NCBI GenBank assembly: GCA_028821115.1
Contig: JAPPHF010000013.1
Span: forward strand, 1-48,397
DNA length: 48,397 nucleotides
Reading direction: 5' to 3'
DNA from: Deltaproteobacteria bacterium
Lineage (GTDB): Bacteria; Desulfobacterota; Binatia; UBA9968; JAJDTQ01
The notes under the pieces are model-generated. The model was given only the letters and a program-made list of their open reading frames with translations. It did not search any database and was not told the origin of the DNA. Positions within the stretch are counted from its first letter, which is position 1. Each line of letters starts with the position of its first letter. Position numbers and translations under genes: made by a program. Below are positions 35,343 to 44,265 of this stretch, one piece after another.

Positions 35343-36320
35343 ATGAACAAAGGGAAATCGGCGGCGCTCTTCGCCGCGGCTGTCCTGATCTCGATTTCGG
35401 TCGTGTTCTCCGGCATCCAGAGCGCGGCCGCACAGAGCAAGACGGTTGACTTCTTCCTGGCCACCTCCGGCCCCGGCAGTTCGTTCTATCCGCTTTCGGT
35501 GGCTCTCGCGGAGGTGTGGAAGAAAAACATTCCCGGACTCAATGTCAGCCTGGCGCCGGGCGGTGGTGTCGGATCGGTAGTCGCCACCGGCACGGCCAAG
35601 GCTCATGTCGGCATGACGCTATCCAGCGCCGCCGTGGACGGGATCAAGGGCAGGCCTCCGTTTCCGCAACCGCATCCGGACGTGCGCGCCCTGGCATCGC
35701 TCGACCCGCAAGCCTTTCAGTTCCTGGCCTACAAGCGGTCGGGGCTCAGCAAGTTTGAAGAGCTGGCCGGCAAGCGTGTCTACGTCAAGCCGAAGAGATT
35801 TGCCGCCCATGCCATCAATCTGCTGGTGCTGAAGGTTCACGGAATGACGCTCAAGAGCCTCTCGAAGGCCGAGACGGTGTCCAAACCCGACGCGGTCAAC
35901 CTGTTCAAGGACGGTCACGTCGATGCGATGATGTGGATGGGGCCGGTTCCGGACTCGCTCATCATGAACGCCTCGCTCAACCGTCCCATCAATCTTCTGC
36001 GGATATCCGATGCGAAGAAGCAGGAGCTTCGGAAGATCAACCCGGGTATCGTTCCGCTCGTGCTGCCCAAGGGGCTTTACCCCGGCGTGGAGGCGGATTT
36101 CCAGACCCTGTCCGTGCCGCGCGTGCTGGTCATGAGCAAGAACGTTTCGGATGACAGGGCCTACAGCCTGGCGAAGGTCCTGGTCGAGAAATGGGAAGAC
36201 CTGAAACTGGCCGATCCGGGGCTCAAGCTGGTGAAGGTCGAGAGCACCGCAACCGACTTCGGCGTCACCTATCATCCGGGCGCCGCCAAGTACTACAAGG
36301 AACGGGGCTGGATGAAATAG
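35343..36320 (+). CDS. TAXI family TRAP solute-binding protein
   Basis: AGGAGG RBS; signal peptide; ATSGPGSSFYP; C-terminal HPGAAKYYKERG. Confidence 0.92.
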   Translation: MNKGKSAALFAAAVLISISVVFSGIQSAAAQSKTVDFFLATSGPGSSFYPLSVALAEVWKKNIPGLNVSLAPGGGVGSVVATGTAKAHVGMTLSSAAVDGIKGRPPFPQPHPDVRALASLDPQAFQFLAYKRSGLSKFEELAGKRVYVKPKRFAAHAINLLVLKVHGMTLKSLSKAETVSKPDAVNLFKDGHVDAMMWMGPVPDSLIMNASLNRPINLLRISDAKKQELRKINPGIVPLVLPKGLYPGVEADFQTLSVPRVLVMSKNVSDDRAYSLAKVLVEKWEDLKLADPGLKLVKVESTATDFGVTYHPGAAKYYKERGWMK

Positions 36321-36430
36321 GACTGTAGGACTACCGGGTGGACGAAGGGATCGATCCCGTTTCGCCGGGTCTCCGCCCGGCGCGGCGGGGTCGGTCCCCT
36401 TCGCCGTTGCACACTACGTTGCACGCTAGA

Positions 36431-37477
36431 ATGGAGAGGAAGACATTGCCGGCACTTGAGTCCATGAAGGACAGATTCGAACGAATGCTCCTGATCCGGC
36501 GCTTTGAGGAAGGCATGTTGCGCCTGCACGGGCGGGGCATCCTGCCGTGCCACTTTCACGTTTCCATCGGGCAGGAAGCCACGGCAGTCGCGGTCTGCCG
36601 CGCCGCCGAGGAGCATGATGTGCTCTTTACCAATCACCGGAGCAACGGGCACCTGATCGCCCGCGGGGCGGATCCGGGATGGATGTTCGCGGAGCAGTTG
36701 GGCCGCGTCGGCGGCAACACCAACGGCAAGGGCGGAACACTGCACATGATCGCGCCCGAGCTGGGGATGCCCTGGACCACCTCGCTGGTCGGTTGCAGCG
36801 TCCCCATGGCGGTGGGCGCGGCCCTGGTCCGCAAGCAGCAGCGCCGACCCGGCGTCGTCATCGTCTTCTTCGGTGACGGCGTGATGGAGGAGGGCGCGTT
36901 TTACGAGGGGATCAACCTGGCCGCGTTGTGGCGGGTGCCGCTTGTTTGCGTTTGCGAGAACAACGGCGTACCGGCCGAGCTGCGAGGGCTCGACACCACG
37001 CAGCCCTCCACGTTCCTGGCCAGACGCCTCACCGACATTCCGTCCGCTTTCGGCATCCCCTGCGCTACTATCGACGGCGCGGACGTGGAGGGGCTGTTCG
37101 ACCTGATGACGGAGGTGGTCGGCACGGTGCGGCGCGACGTCGCGCCGTATTTCGTCGAGGTCCGCACCACGCGCTACCCCGGCAACCGAGCCCTGTGGCC
37201 AGAGCTGGCAGGGGCAGAAACCGACCTCGGCTGGGCCTGGGACGAAGGTGAACCGCCCGAGGAACTGGCCGCCTGGAGCCGGGACAGCGATCCGCTGATG
37301 GGCTTCGTTCGCAGGCTCCTGGGCCAGGGCGCGGTTTCCCGCGATGAGGTGACCCGGATCGACGCCGCCATCGCCGCCCGCATCGATGAGGCGATGGAGT
37401 CAGCCATCCGCAGCCCGCAGCCGCCGCCCGATAGCGCCTACACGGATGTCTGGGCCGCTCGGGAGGGCTCGTCATGA
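36431..37477 (+). CDS. TPP-dependent dehydrogenase E1 alpha subunit (start 36431 or 36464)
   Basis: IRRFEE, H.SIGQEA, GKGGTLH, TPP motif GDG...ENN. Confidence 0.9.
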   Translation: MERKTLPALESMKDRFERMLLIRRFEEGMLRLHGRGILPCHFHVSIGQEATAVAVCRAAEEHDVLFTNHRSNGHLIARGADPGWMFAEQLGRVGGNTNGKGGTLHMIAPELGMPWTTSLVGCSVPMAVGAALVRKQQRRPGVVIVFFGDGVMEEGAFYEGINLAALWRVPLVCVCENNGVPAELRGLDTTQPSTFLARRLTDIPSAFGIPCATIDGADVEGLFDLMTEVVGTVRRDVAPYFVEVRTTRYPGNRALWPELAGAETDLGWAWDEGEPPEELAAWSRDSDPLMGFVRRLLGQGAVSRDEVTRIDAAIAARIDEAMESAIRSPQPPPDSAYTDVWAAREGSS

Positions 37478-38472
37478 AGATGTCGTACCTGCAAGGCCTG
37501 GCGCTCGCCATCGACGAAGCCATGGCGGCCGACCCCAGGGTCATCCTGATGGGCTCTCGCATGGGGGGCCACCTCACCGCGCAGGAAAACGAGGCCTTCG
37601 CTGCCGTGCTGGAACGCCACGCGGAGCGGATCTTCATGAGCGTGCCGATCGCGGAGTTCGGACTCGCGGGCGCCGCGGTCGGCGCCGCCCTGGCGGGCGG
37701 GCGGCCGCTGCTGAGTTTCAACATCGCCAGTTTCATGCTGCATGGCTTCCCGCCGATAGTGAACGAGGCCCCCAACGTTCACTACACCACCGGCGGACGG
37801 TGCATCGCGCCGGTGACATGCTACGCACTGGGCGGCATCCGGGGGGGCGGTTCGTCCCAGCATTCGCACCGGTTGCAGGCGATGCTGGGCAACGTTCCGG
37901 GGCTGCAGATCTTTGCGCCGGCGACGGCCGGCGATGCCTATGGACTGCTCAAGTGGTGCCTGCTCGAGAGCCGGAACCCGACTGTCTTCTTCGCGCACAC
38001 CGCTTTGCTCCTGTCCGAGGACGAGGCCGATCCGGCGAAGCCGGTGCTGCCCGTCGGGTCGGCCCGCGTCAGCAGGACCGGGCATGACATAACCCTGATC
38101 GCGCATTCCGTGGCGGTGCCGAGGGCCCTCCAGGCGGCCGACGCCCTGGCGGCGGATCACGGCGTTTCCGCCGAAGTGATCGATCTGCGGACGCTGGCGC
38201 CTCTCGACGCGGCGACCGTGGTCGAGTCCGTGAGAAAAACCGGACATGCCGTGGTCGTCGACGAGTGCCACAAGAGCTTCGGCGTCAACGCCGAAATCGC
38301 GGCCACGCTGGCGGAAGCGGCCTTGTCGTATCTGAAGGCGCCCATCTGCCGCGTGGCCACGGCCGATGTGCCGATCCCCTACAACTTGAACCTGGAGCAC
38401 GAGATCAGCGTGACCCCGGACAAGATCGTCCAGGGGACCCTGTCAACGCTGGAGGGTCGGGCATCGTGTTGA
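37474..38472 (+). CDS. TPP-dependent dehydrogenase E1 beta subunit
   Basis: PIAE, QHS, EVIDLRTLAPLD, VVVDE, DVPIPY; overlaps the alpha stop (ATGA). Confidence 0.9.
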   Translation: MKMSYLQGLALAIDEAMAADPRVILMGSRMGGHLTAQENEAFAAVLERHAERIFMSVPIAEFGLAGAAVGAALAGGRPLLSFNIASFMLHGFPPIVNEAPNVHYTTGGRCIAPVTCYALGGIRGGGSSQHSHRLQAMLGNVPGLQIFAPATAGDAYGLLKWCLLESRNPTVFFAHTALLLSEDEADPAKPVLPVGSARVSRTGHDITLIAHSVAVPRALQAADALAADHGVSAEVIDLRTLAPLDAATVVESVRKTGHAVVVDECHKSFGVNAEIAATLAEAALSYLKAPICRVATADVPIPYNLNLEHEISVTPDKIVQGTLSTLEGRASC

Positions 38473-38503
38473 CGGAAAAACGAGACGCTCCCGTTCGGAT
38501 GAG

Positions 38504-39499
38504 GTGCCGGACATGAAAGCGATGGTCGTCGTCCAGAGAAACGGACACGGAGAGTTGGTGCTGCAAGATGTTCCCGATCCCGTTGCGGGCCAGGGCCAGG
38601 TGGCGATCCGCATGGAAGGGACCGCCGTCAGTTTCGGCGACATCGAGATGCGCAAGGGCGATTACCATACCCCTCGCAAGCCGCCCGTCATTCCTGGACA
38701 CGACGTCGTCGGCACCCTGGCCGCCCTGGGCCCCGGGACGACCGGGTTCCGCGTCGGCGAGCGGGTCACGGCGATCTCGCTAACCGGGACCTACGCCGAG
38801 ATCGTCGTGGCGCCCGCCGCCATAACCTGGTCGCTGCCGGCCGAGGTAGACATCATCTCGGCCGCGGCCTTCCCGACCAATGGCGTGACGTCATACAACC
38901 TGCTCACCATGGCCGGACGCCTGGCGGCCGGCGAAACGGTGTTGATCCACGCGGCGGCGGGCGGCGTGGGGACAACCAGCTGCCAGTTGGCCAAGCTGCT
39001 CGGTGCGGGCATGGTCATCGGCACCGTCGGTGACGAATCCAAGGTCGACTTGGCCCGCAGCCTGGGCTGCGATCACGTCATCCTGTACCGGACGGAACCC
39101 ATCGCATCCCGGGTCATGTCCATCACGGAGGGCAAGGGCGCCGACGTGATTCTCGATTCGATAGGGGGTTCGGTCACGGAGCAGAACCTTGCCTGCCTGG
39201 CCCCCTGGGGCCGCATTGTCGCCTGCGGCAAGTCAAGCGGGACGGCCGGTCAGATCCCGACCGATCTCCTGCACGCCGGAAACAAGGCCGCGATCGGGTA
39301 CAGTACCGGCGGGCACCGCTACGAAAGGCCGGAAGCGTTGCGGCCGGCCGGCGACGCCGTGCTTGGCTACCTGCGCTCGAAGCGACTTAAGATGGTGGTG
39401 AGCGCCCGGTTTCCCCTCACCGAGGCCAACGCGGCTTTGGACCTGGTGGCGAGCCGCAAGAGCACCGGAAGGGTCGTTCTGACCAACTCCTCGGCGTGA
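38504..39499 (+). CDS. NADPH:quinone oxidoreductase-like (MDR family) protein
   Basis: PGHDVVG, IHAAAGGVG, GADVILDSIGG, STGRVVL. Confidence 0.9.
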   Translation: MPDMKAMVVVQRNGHGELVLQDVPDPVAGQGQVAIRMEGTAVSFGDIEMRKGDYHTPRKPPVIPGHDVVGTLAALGPGTTGFRVGERVTAISLTGTYAEIVVAPAAITWSLPAEVDIISAAAFPTNGVTSYNLLTMAGRLAAGETVLIHAAAGGVGTTSCQLAKLLGAGMVIGTVGDESKVDLARSLGCDHVILYRTEPIASRVMSITEGKGADVILDSIGGSVTEQNLACLAPWGRIVACGKSSGTAGQIPTDLLHAGNKAAIGYSTGGHRYERPEALRPAGDAVLGYLRSKRLKMVVSARFPLTEANAALDLVASRKSTGRVVLTNSSA

Positions 39500-39586
39500 C
39501 CACGAAGAAACGTTGTTGCGTAGTATTCAGGGAGAAGAATGACGGTACGCCGCTACAAGAGGCTGTCCTAGCCAGGGAGACCCGAC

Positions 39587-41794
39587 ATGCTTCCCATCAC
39601 CGCTTATGCCGACCGCTACTCGGTAGCCCCCGGCCAGACCATCGCGTTCAAGGTGAGCTCGGCCGCGTCCGAGGACTACGAGGCGCGCTTGGTGCGGGTC
39701 ATCAGCGGCGACCCTAAACCGGACGGGCCCGGCATGCGTGAGGAACCCGTGGATGCCGCCTTCGCCGGGCGTTATCCGTCGCGGGTACAGCCGATCCACA
39801 GCGGCTCTTATGTCCGGATTGCCGGTGCCGCGGCTTTGGACGCCCTTGGGAGCTTCACGGTGACGGCGATCATCTGGCCGACCCTGCCGGTCCTCCCCCG
39901 CCGACAGGCCCTCGTGTCACGGGTCGACGCCGCCACCGGCGCGGGCTTCGCCCTCGAGATCGACGAGGAAGGTTCGCTCGCCGCCACGTTGAACGACGGC
40001 ACCACGACGAGCAGCGCAAGCGTCGGCAAGGAGTTGCGCGCCCGCGCCTGGTACCGGGTCTTCCTCAGCTACGACGCGGACAGGGGCGAACTTAGACTAG
40101 GCCAGCAGCCATTCGCGCCGGCGATGATGGTCGACGACTCGGGTGTTGTTTCCACCTCCGCGGCGTTCGGTGGGAGCTGTGCGGGGAGCGGCGACCTCCT
40201 GTTGGCGGCACGCGCGGGCTCGCCCCCTTGCGACCACTACAACGGCAAGCTCGAGGCGCCGCGGGTTCTGGGGACGGCGCTCGACCCGGACGCGGCGTTC
40301 CAGGCCGCGGGGGAGGCTCCCGGCTCCGGCGCGGCGGTGGTCGGGGCATGGGACTTCTCCCGCGAGATGTCGTCAGCGCGCATCATCGACACCGGCCCTC
40401 ACGCCATGCACGGCGAGACGGTCAACCTGCCGACGCGCGCCATGAAGGGCTCACGGTGGACCGGCGAGGAGATGTGCTGGCGCCATGCCCCGGAGCACTA
40501 CGGCGCCATCCACTTCCACGACGACGACCTCTACGACTGCGGCTGGGAGACCGACTTCAGCTTCGAGGTGCCGGAGGACTTCAGGAGCGGCGTCTACGCG
40601 GTGCGGCTGCGCGCGGGCCAGGACGAGGACATGGTGCCCTTCTTCGTGCGCGCCGCCCCGGGGCGGCCCCAGTCGAGCGCCTGCGTGCTCATCCCCACCT
40701 TCACCTACATCGTCTATGCCAACTCCGTCCGCGACCGGGCCAACGACGCCTACCGTGAGCACGTGGCGCGCTGGGGAGCGAGCCCCTGGACGCCGGACGA
40801 GCATCCCGAGTACGGCCTCTCCACTTACAACTTCCACCCTGACGGCAGCGGGATAAGCTATTCGTCGCGGCTCCGTCCCATCCTGAACCAGCGCTCCGGC
40901 TACTTGTCCTACGCGGATCCCAAGGCCGGTTCCGGCCTGCGCCATTTCCCCGCTGACACCCACCTGCTGGCATGGCTGGAGGCACTGGGCCACGACTTCG
41001 ACGTCATCACCGACGAGGACCTCGATGCCGACGGCGTCGACGCCATCGCGCCGTACAAGGTGGTGATGACCACCACGCACCCCGAGTACCACACCCCGCG
41101 CTCGCTCGACGCCCTGGCCGACTACACCGGGCAAGGCGGGCGCCTGATGTACCTCGGGGGCAACGGCTTCTACTGGCACGTCGCGGTCAGTCCGGAGTTC
41201 CCCGGCGCGGTGGAGATCCGCCGGGGCGAGACCGGCATCCGCGCCTGGGCGGCGGAGCCCGGGGAGTACTACAACGCCTTCGACGGCTGCTACGGCGGAC
41301 TGTGGCGGAGCAGCGGCCGCGCTCCCCAGCGTCTGGCGGGAGTGGGGTTCATCTCACAGGGCGACTTTCGCGGCACCTGCTACCGGCGCCTGCCGGCTTC
41401 CGACGACCCACGCGCCGCCTGGATCTTCGAGGGCATCGACGACGAAGTCCTCGGCGACTTCGGACTGAGCGGCGGGGGCGCGGCCGGCTTCGAGCTCGAC
41501 GCGCTCGACACGAAACTTGGATCTCCGCCCCACGCCCTCGTGCTCGCCCGCTCCGAGGAGCCGGACGACAGCTTCACGCTGGTCCCGGAGGAGATCGTGG
41601 CCCTCTACCGCAGACGTCCCCACCTCGTGCGGGATCTCCTCCGCGCCGAGATCGTGTTCTTCGAGACGCCCAACGGCGGCGCGGTGTTCTCGGTGGGCTC
41701 CATCACGTTCTGCGGCAGCCTTCCCCACAACGACTTCGACAACAACATCTCGCGCATGACCGACAACGTGCTGCGGCGGTTTCGCGGCGAGTGA
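39587..41794 (+). CDS. N,N-dimethylformamidase large (beta) subunit family protein
   Basis: YADRYSVAPG, HFHDDDL, TFTY..YAN, GLSTYN.H.DG, HPEY, YLGGNGFYW, GFELD. Confidence 0.88.
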   Translation: MLPITAYADRYSVAPGQTIAFKVSSAASEDYEARLVRVISGDPKPDGPGMREEPVDAAFAGRYPSRVQPIHSGSYVRIAGAAALDALGSFTVTAIIWPTLPVLPRRQALVSRVDAATGAGFALEIDEEGSLAATLNDGTTTSSASVGKELRARAWYRVFLSYDADRGELRLGQQPFAPAMMVDDSGVVSTSAAFGGSCAGSGDLLLAARAGSPPCDHYNGKLEAPRVLGTALDPDAAFQAAGEAPGSGAAVVGAWDFSREMSSARIIDTGPHAMHGETVNLPTRAMKGSRWTGEEMCWRHAPEHYGAIHFHDDDLYDCGWETDFSFEVPEDFRSGVYAVRLRAGQDEDMVPFFVRAAPGRPQSSACVLIPTFTYIVYANSVRDRANDAYREHVARWGASPWTPDEHPEYGLSTYNFHPDGSGISYSSRLRPILNQRSGYLSYADPKAGSGLRHFPADTHLLAWLEALGHDFDVITDEDLDADGVDAIAPYKVVMTTTHPEYHTPRSLDALADYTGQGGRLMYLGGNGFYWHVAVSPEFPGAVEIRRGETGIRAWAAEPGEYYNAFDGCYGGLWRSSGRAPQRLAGVGFISQGDFRGTCYRRLPASDDPRAAWIFEGIDDEVLGDFGLSGGGAAGFELDALDTKLGSPPHALVLARSEEPDDSFTLVPEEIVALYRRRPHLVRDLLRAEIVFFETPNGGAVFSVGSITFCGSLPHNDFDNNISRMTDNVLRRFRGE

Positions 41795-41809
41795 ACGACG
41801 GGCCTCGGC

Positions 41810-41864
41810 CGGCCCTGTTCACCGATGGCCGCACCGTAGACGGCGCCCACGGTCTCGATGGTGT
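41810..41864 (-). pseudogene. Short remnant of a DNA ligase extreme 3' end
   Basis: 16-nt exact match acggtctcgatggtgt to 44297-44312; translates TIETVGAVYGAA versus ligase TIETVRAIHAA. Confidence 0.6.
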
Positions 41865-41992
41865 GAGCGGTTGTTCCCAGAATCGGCGAGCAACCGGAAT
41901 CGCGTTCCAAGCCCAAAGAAAACCCTTGACAGGTGGAGCTGCAGACAGTACCCATTGGTACGGTTTCTAGCGAAAACCCAAGGAGGCGCGAT

Positions 41993-42457
41993 ATGCTGGC
42001 TGCTCGTTTCGTCATTCTTGTAGTCGTGAGCCTACTCTACGGCACTGTAGCCTTCTCACAACAATCAGATGAATACTGGGGAGCGTTCGTTGAGGGCAAG
42101 CCGCATCAAAGGGGAGGAGGTGAAGCTATGGGCGTTGCTTGGAACTATCCCACGGCAAGAGAAGCCATTGATCGTGCCGTCGCGGAGTGCTCCAAGCAAC
42201 CTGGATACGATTGTCTCCTCAGGATTCACGCTTTTTCGAGCTCTTCGCCGTACAACACCTGGGAGATGGATGCATTCGGATATTCAAGTATAAGTGTATG
42301 GAGATTCAGATGCGTAGCCACTTTCTACGACCCTGAATACAACGGCTGGACCGGCCTATACGGGAACACCCCGAGCGAGGCAAAAAACAGGGCGCATAGG
42401 GACGCGAGGCTCGGAGATATTTCACTTTTTGAAAAAGCATATTGCAACGCGAAGTGA
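41993..42457 (+). CDS. Secreted DUF4189-like protein
   Basis: AGGAGG RBS; signal peptide; WGAF...G.AWNYPT..EA...A...C...C pattern; lower GC. Confidence 0.65.
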   Translation: MLAARFVILVVVSLLYGTVAFSQQSDEYWGAFVEGKPHQRGGGEAMGVAWNYPTAREAIDRAVAECSKQPGYDCLLRIHAFSSSSPYNTWEMDAFGYSSISVWRFRCVATFYDPEYNGWTGLYGNTPSEAKNRAHRDARLGDISLFEKAYCNAK

Positions 42458-42489
42458 GCACCTGATCGACACCGTCCGACGAGGTTATC

Positions 42490-42920
42490 ACGCCGAGTGT
42501 TCGAAGAACTCCAGGCACTTGTCCGCGAGGGGATTTGCTCGTCTCGTCTCTTCTCGGCGAGGACGCAGTAGTAGGTATTGCCGGTTTCGACAAATCGGTC
42601 GGCCAGTGCAACGAGCGAGCCGTTGTCGAGGCATCTCTCGATGAAACCCCGCGAGCCCAACGCAACGCCCCACCTGGAGATGGCTGCTTCCAACACATAG
42701 GAATAGCTGTTGACGCCTAGGTAGCGAGGTAAGGCCCCGGGGCGGCCAGCGGCCTCGAACCAGTCTTCCCACGTCCCGTGGCTCTGTCGCTGCACCGTCA
42801 GATCGAGAAATGAAAGTCCCGTCCAGCCACCTACGGGGCCTCTCAGGATATCCTGCGTGGGTTGCGGCATAGCCGGGCGAGCACAGTGGCCCAACTGCCT
42901 CCGCTTCCTTGAGGCCTCCC
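42490..42920 (-). pseudogene. Remnant of a LysR (GcvA-like) substrate-binding domain
   Basis: WEDWFEAAG...NSYSYVLEAA...GVALG...L.NG.LV; no HTH, no credible start, frame disrupted; boundaries approximate. Confidence 0.65.
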
Positions 42921-43057
42921 AAATTTTGGGGAGGATCATGAAACCGTAGGTCGCTATACTGTTTCGACACGAGACCGAGACATTCTGGCGAACGAGTAGC
43001 GGAAGAGGCGCCAATGAGTTGACTCTGACTCATGCTGAGACCCCCCGGGTATAGCTC

Positions 43058-44245
43058 ATGACTTCCCTGGACCAACCGCCAATGGCAACGACGCAACTCT
43101 ACTACGCGACCAACCGGCGCCACCACGGAAGAGAGCGCTGGAAACCGACGGGATATGGTCCGGAACCGAGTGAGGACGGCACCGAGAACCTCCGGTTCGG
43201 CCTCGTAACCATCCGCTACGACCACGCGAAACTGGCCCGGTACCTGGAGGAAGACTGTGGATTCGGCGCCGGGAACGGCGAGAAGCTATCGAGGTACTTC
43301 TACGACCAGAGGAGCAAGGCTACCATCAATGCCTTCACCGAAGAGCTCTCGAAGGAGGCCAACGAATCCGACCAGCCGCGGCGCAAGCTCGGTTCCAGCC
43401 GGGCGTTCTCCGAACTGCAGGCAAAGATGAACTGCGGCGACCACGTCCTCATCTTCGTCCACGGTCCCAACATGCACTGGTGGCAGGCGGTTGCATCGGC
43501 CCTCAGCCTGCAATGCATGCTGAACCGGCACCGCGGAGGCGAGGAGTCCTCGGATCAGTCGCCGCGGGTCCACGTCGTCTTGTTCGCGTGGCCGTCAGGC
43601 GACCGGGAAATCCCACACTGGTCCTATTATTCTGACCATACCGACGCCAAGGTGTCCGGTTATGCCCTCGGACGCGGCCTCCTCAAGCTTCGGGACTACC
43701 TTCTCCATGCACGGAGCCTCGCGCGTCTGAATGGCGAGTTCCCTGCCGGACAGCCGATACACCTTCTCTGTCACTCGATGGGGAACTACGTCCTGCAGAA
43801 CGCCCTGGAGCGAACCGCGAAGTTCTCCGTCGGCGGCAGGCTGCCGCGCATCTTTCAACAGATCTTCCTGTGCGCCGCGGATGTGGCTGCCGACGTGTTT
43901 CAGCCTGGAGAGCCCTTCCACAGGATGGCGGAGATGGCGGAAGCCGTCACCATCTACCACAACAGGCGTGACCCCACCTTGCCGGCTTCCGACTACGCAA
44001 AGGGCGCCACTGACAGACTTGGGTGGGACGGTGCGGAGTGGCCCGCGTACCTGCCCGACCGTGTCCATCAGGTCGATTGCAGCCGGCTCGTGAGCGGCGT
44101 CATAGAACACAGCTACTACCACTGCGGCGCGGTCAACGACGACATTCGCCAAAGCATCGAAGGGATGCCGCAGGACTCGCGCGACCGCACCCGCGAACCC
44201 GCCCGGCACGGCTGGCCGAATGTCTGGCGTCTTATAGACGGTTAG
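43058..44245 (+). CDS. Alpha/beta hydrolase, DUF900 family
   Basis: YYATNR, IFVHG.N, FAWPS, nucleophile elbow CHSMGN, AADV, RLG, HSYY. Confidence 0.82.
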   Translation: MTSLDQPPMATTQLYYATNRRHHGRERWKPTGYGPEPSEDGTENLRFGLVTIRYDHAKLARYLEEDCGFGAGNGEKLSRYFYDQRSKATINAFTEELSKEANESDQPRRKLGSSRAFSELQAKMNCGDHVLIFVHGPNMHWWQAVASALSLQCMLNRHRGGEESSDQSPRVHVVLFAWPSGDREIPHWSYYSDHTDAKVSGYALGRGLLKLRDYLLHARSLARLNGEFPAGQPIHLLCHSMGNYVLQNALERTAKFSVGGRLPRIFQQIFLCAADVAADVFQPGEPFHRMAEMAEAVTIYHNRRDPTLPASDYAKGATDRLGWDGAEWPAYLPDRVHQVDCSRLVSGVIEHSYYHCGAVNDDIRQSIEGMPQDSRDRTREPARHGWPNVWRLIDG

Positions 44246-44265
44246 GGAGCGGGAACCGACGGTCC

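Noticed and set aside
39496-39717. DMFase small subunit
   Set aside because: The ORF overlaps the large subunit out of frame and shows no resemblance to a small subunit
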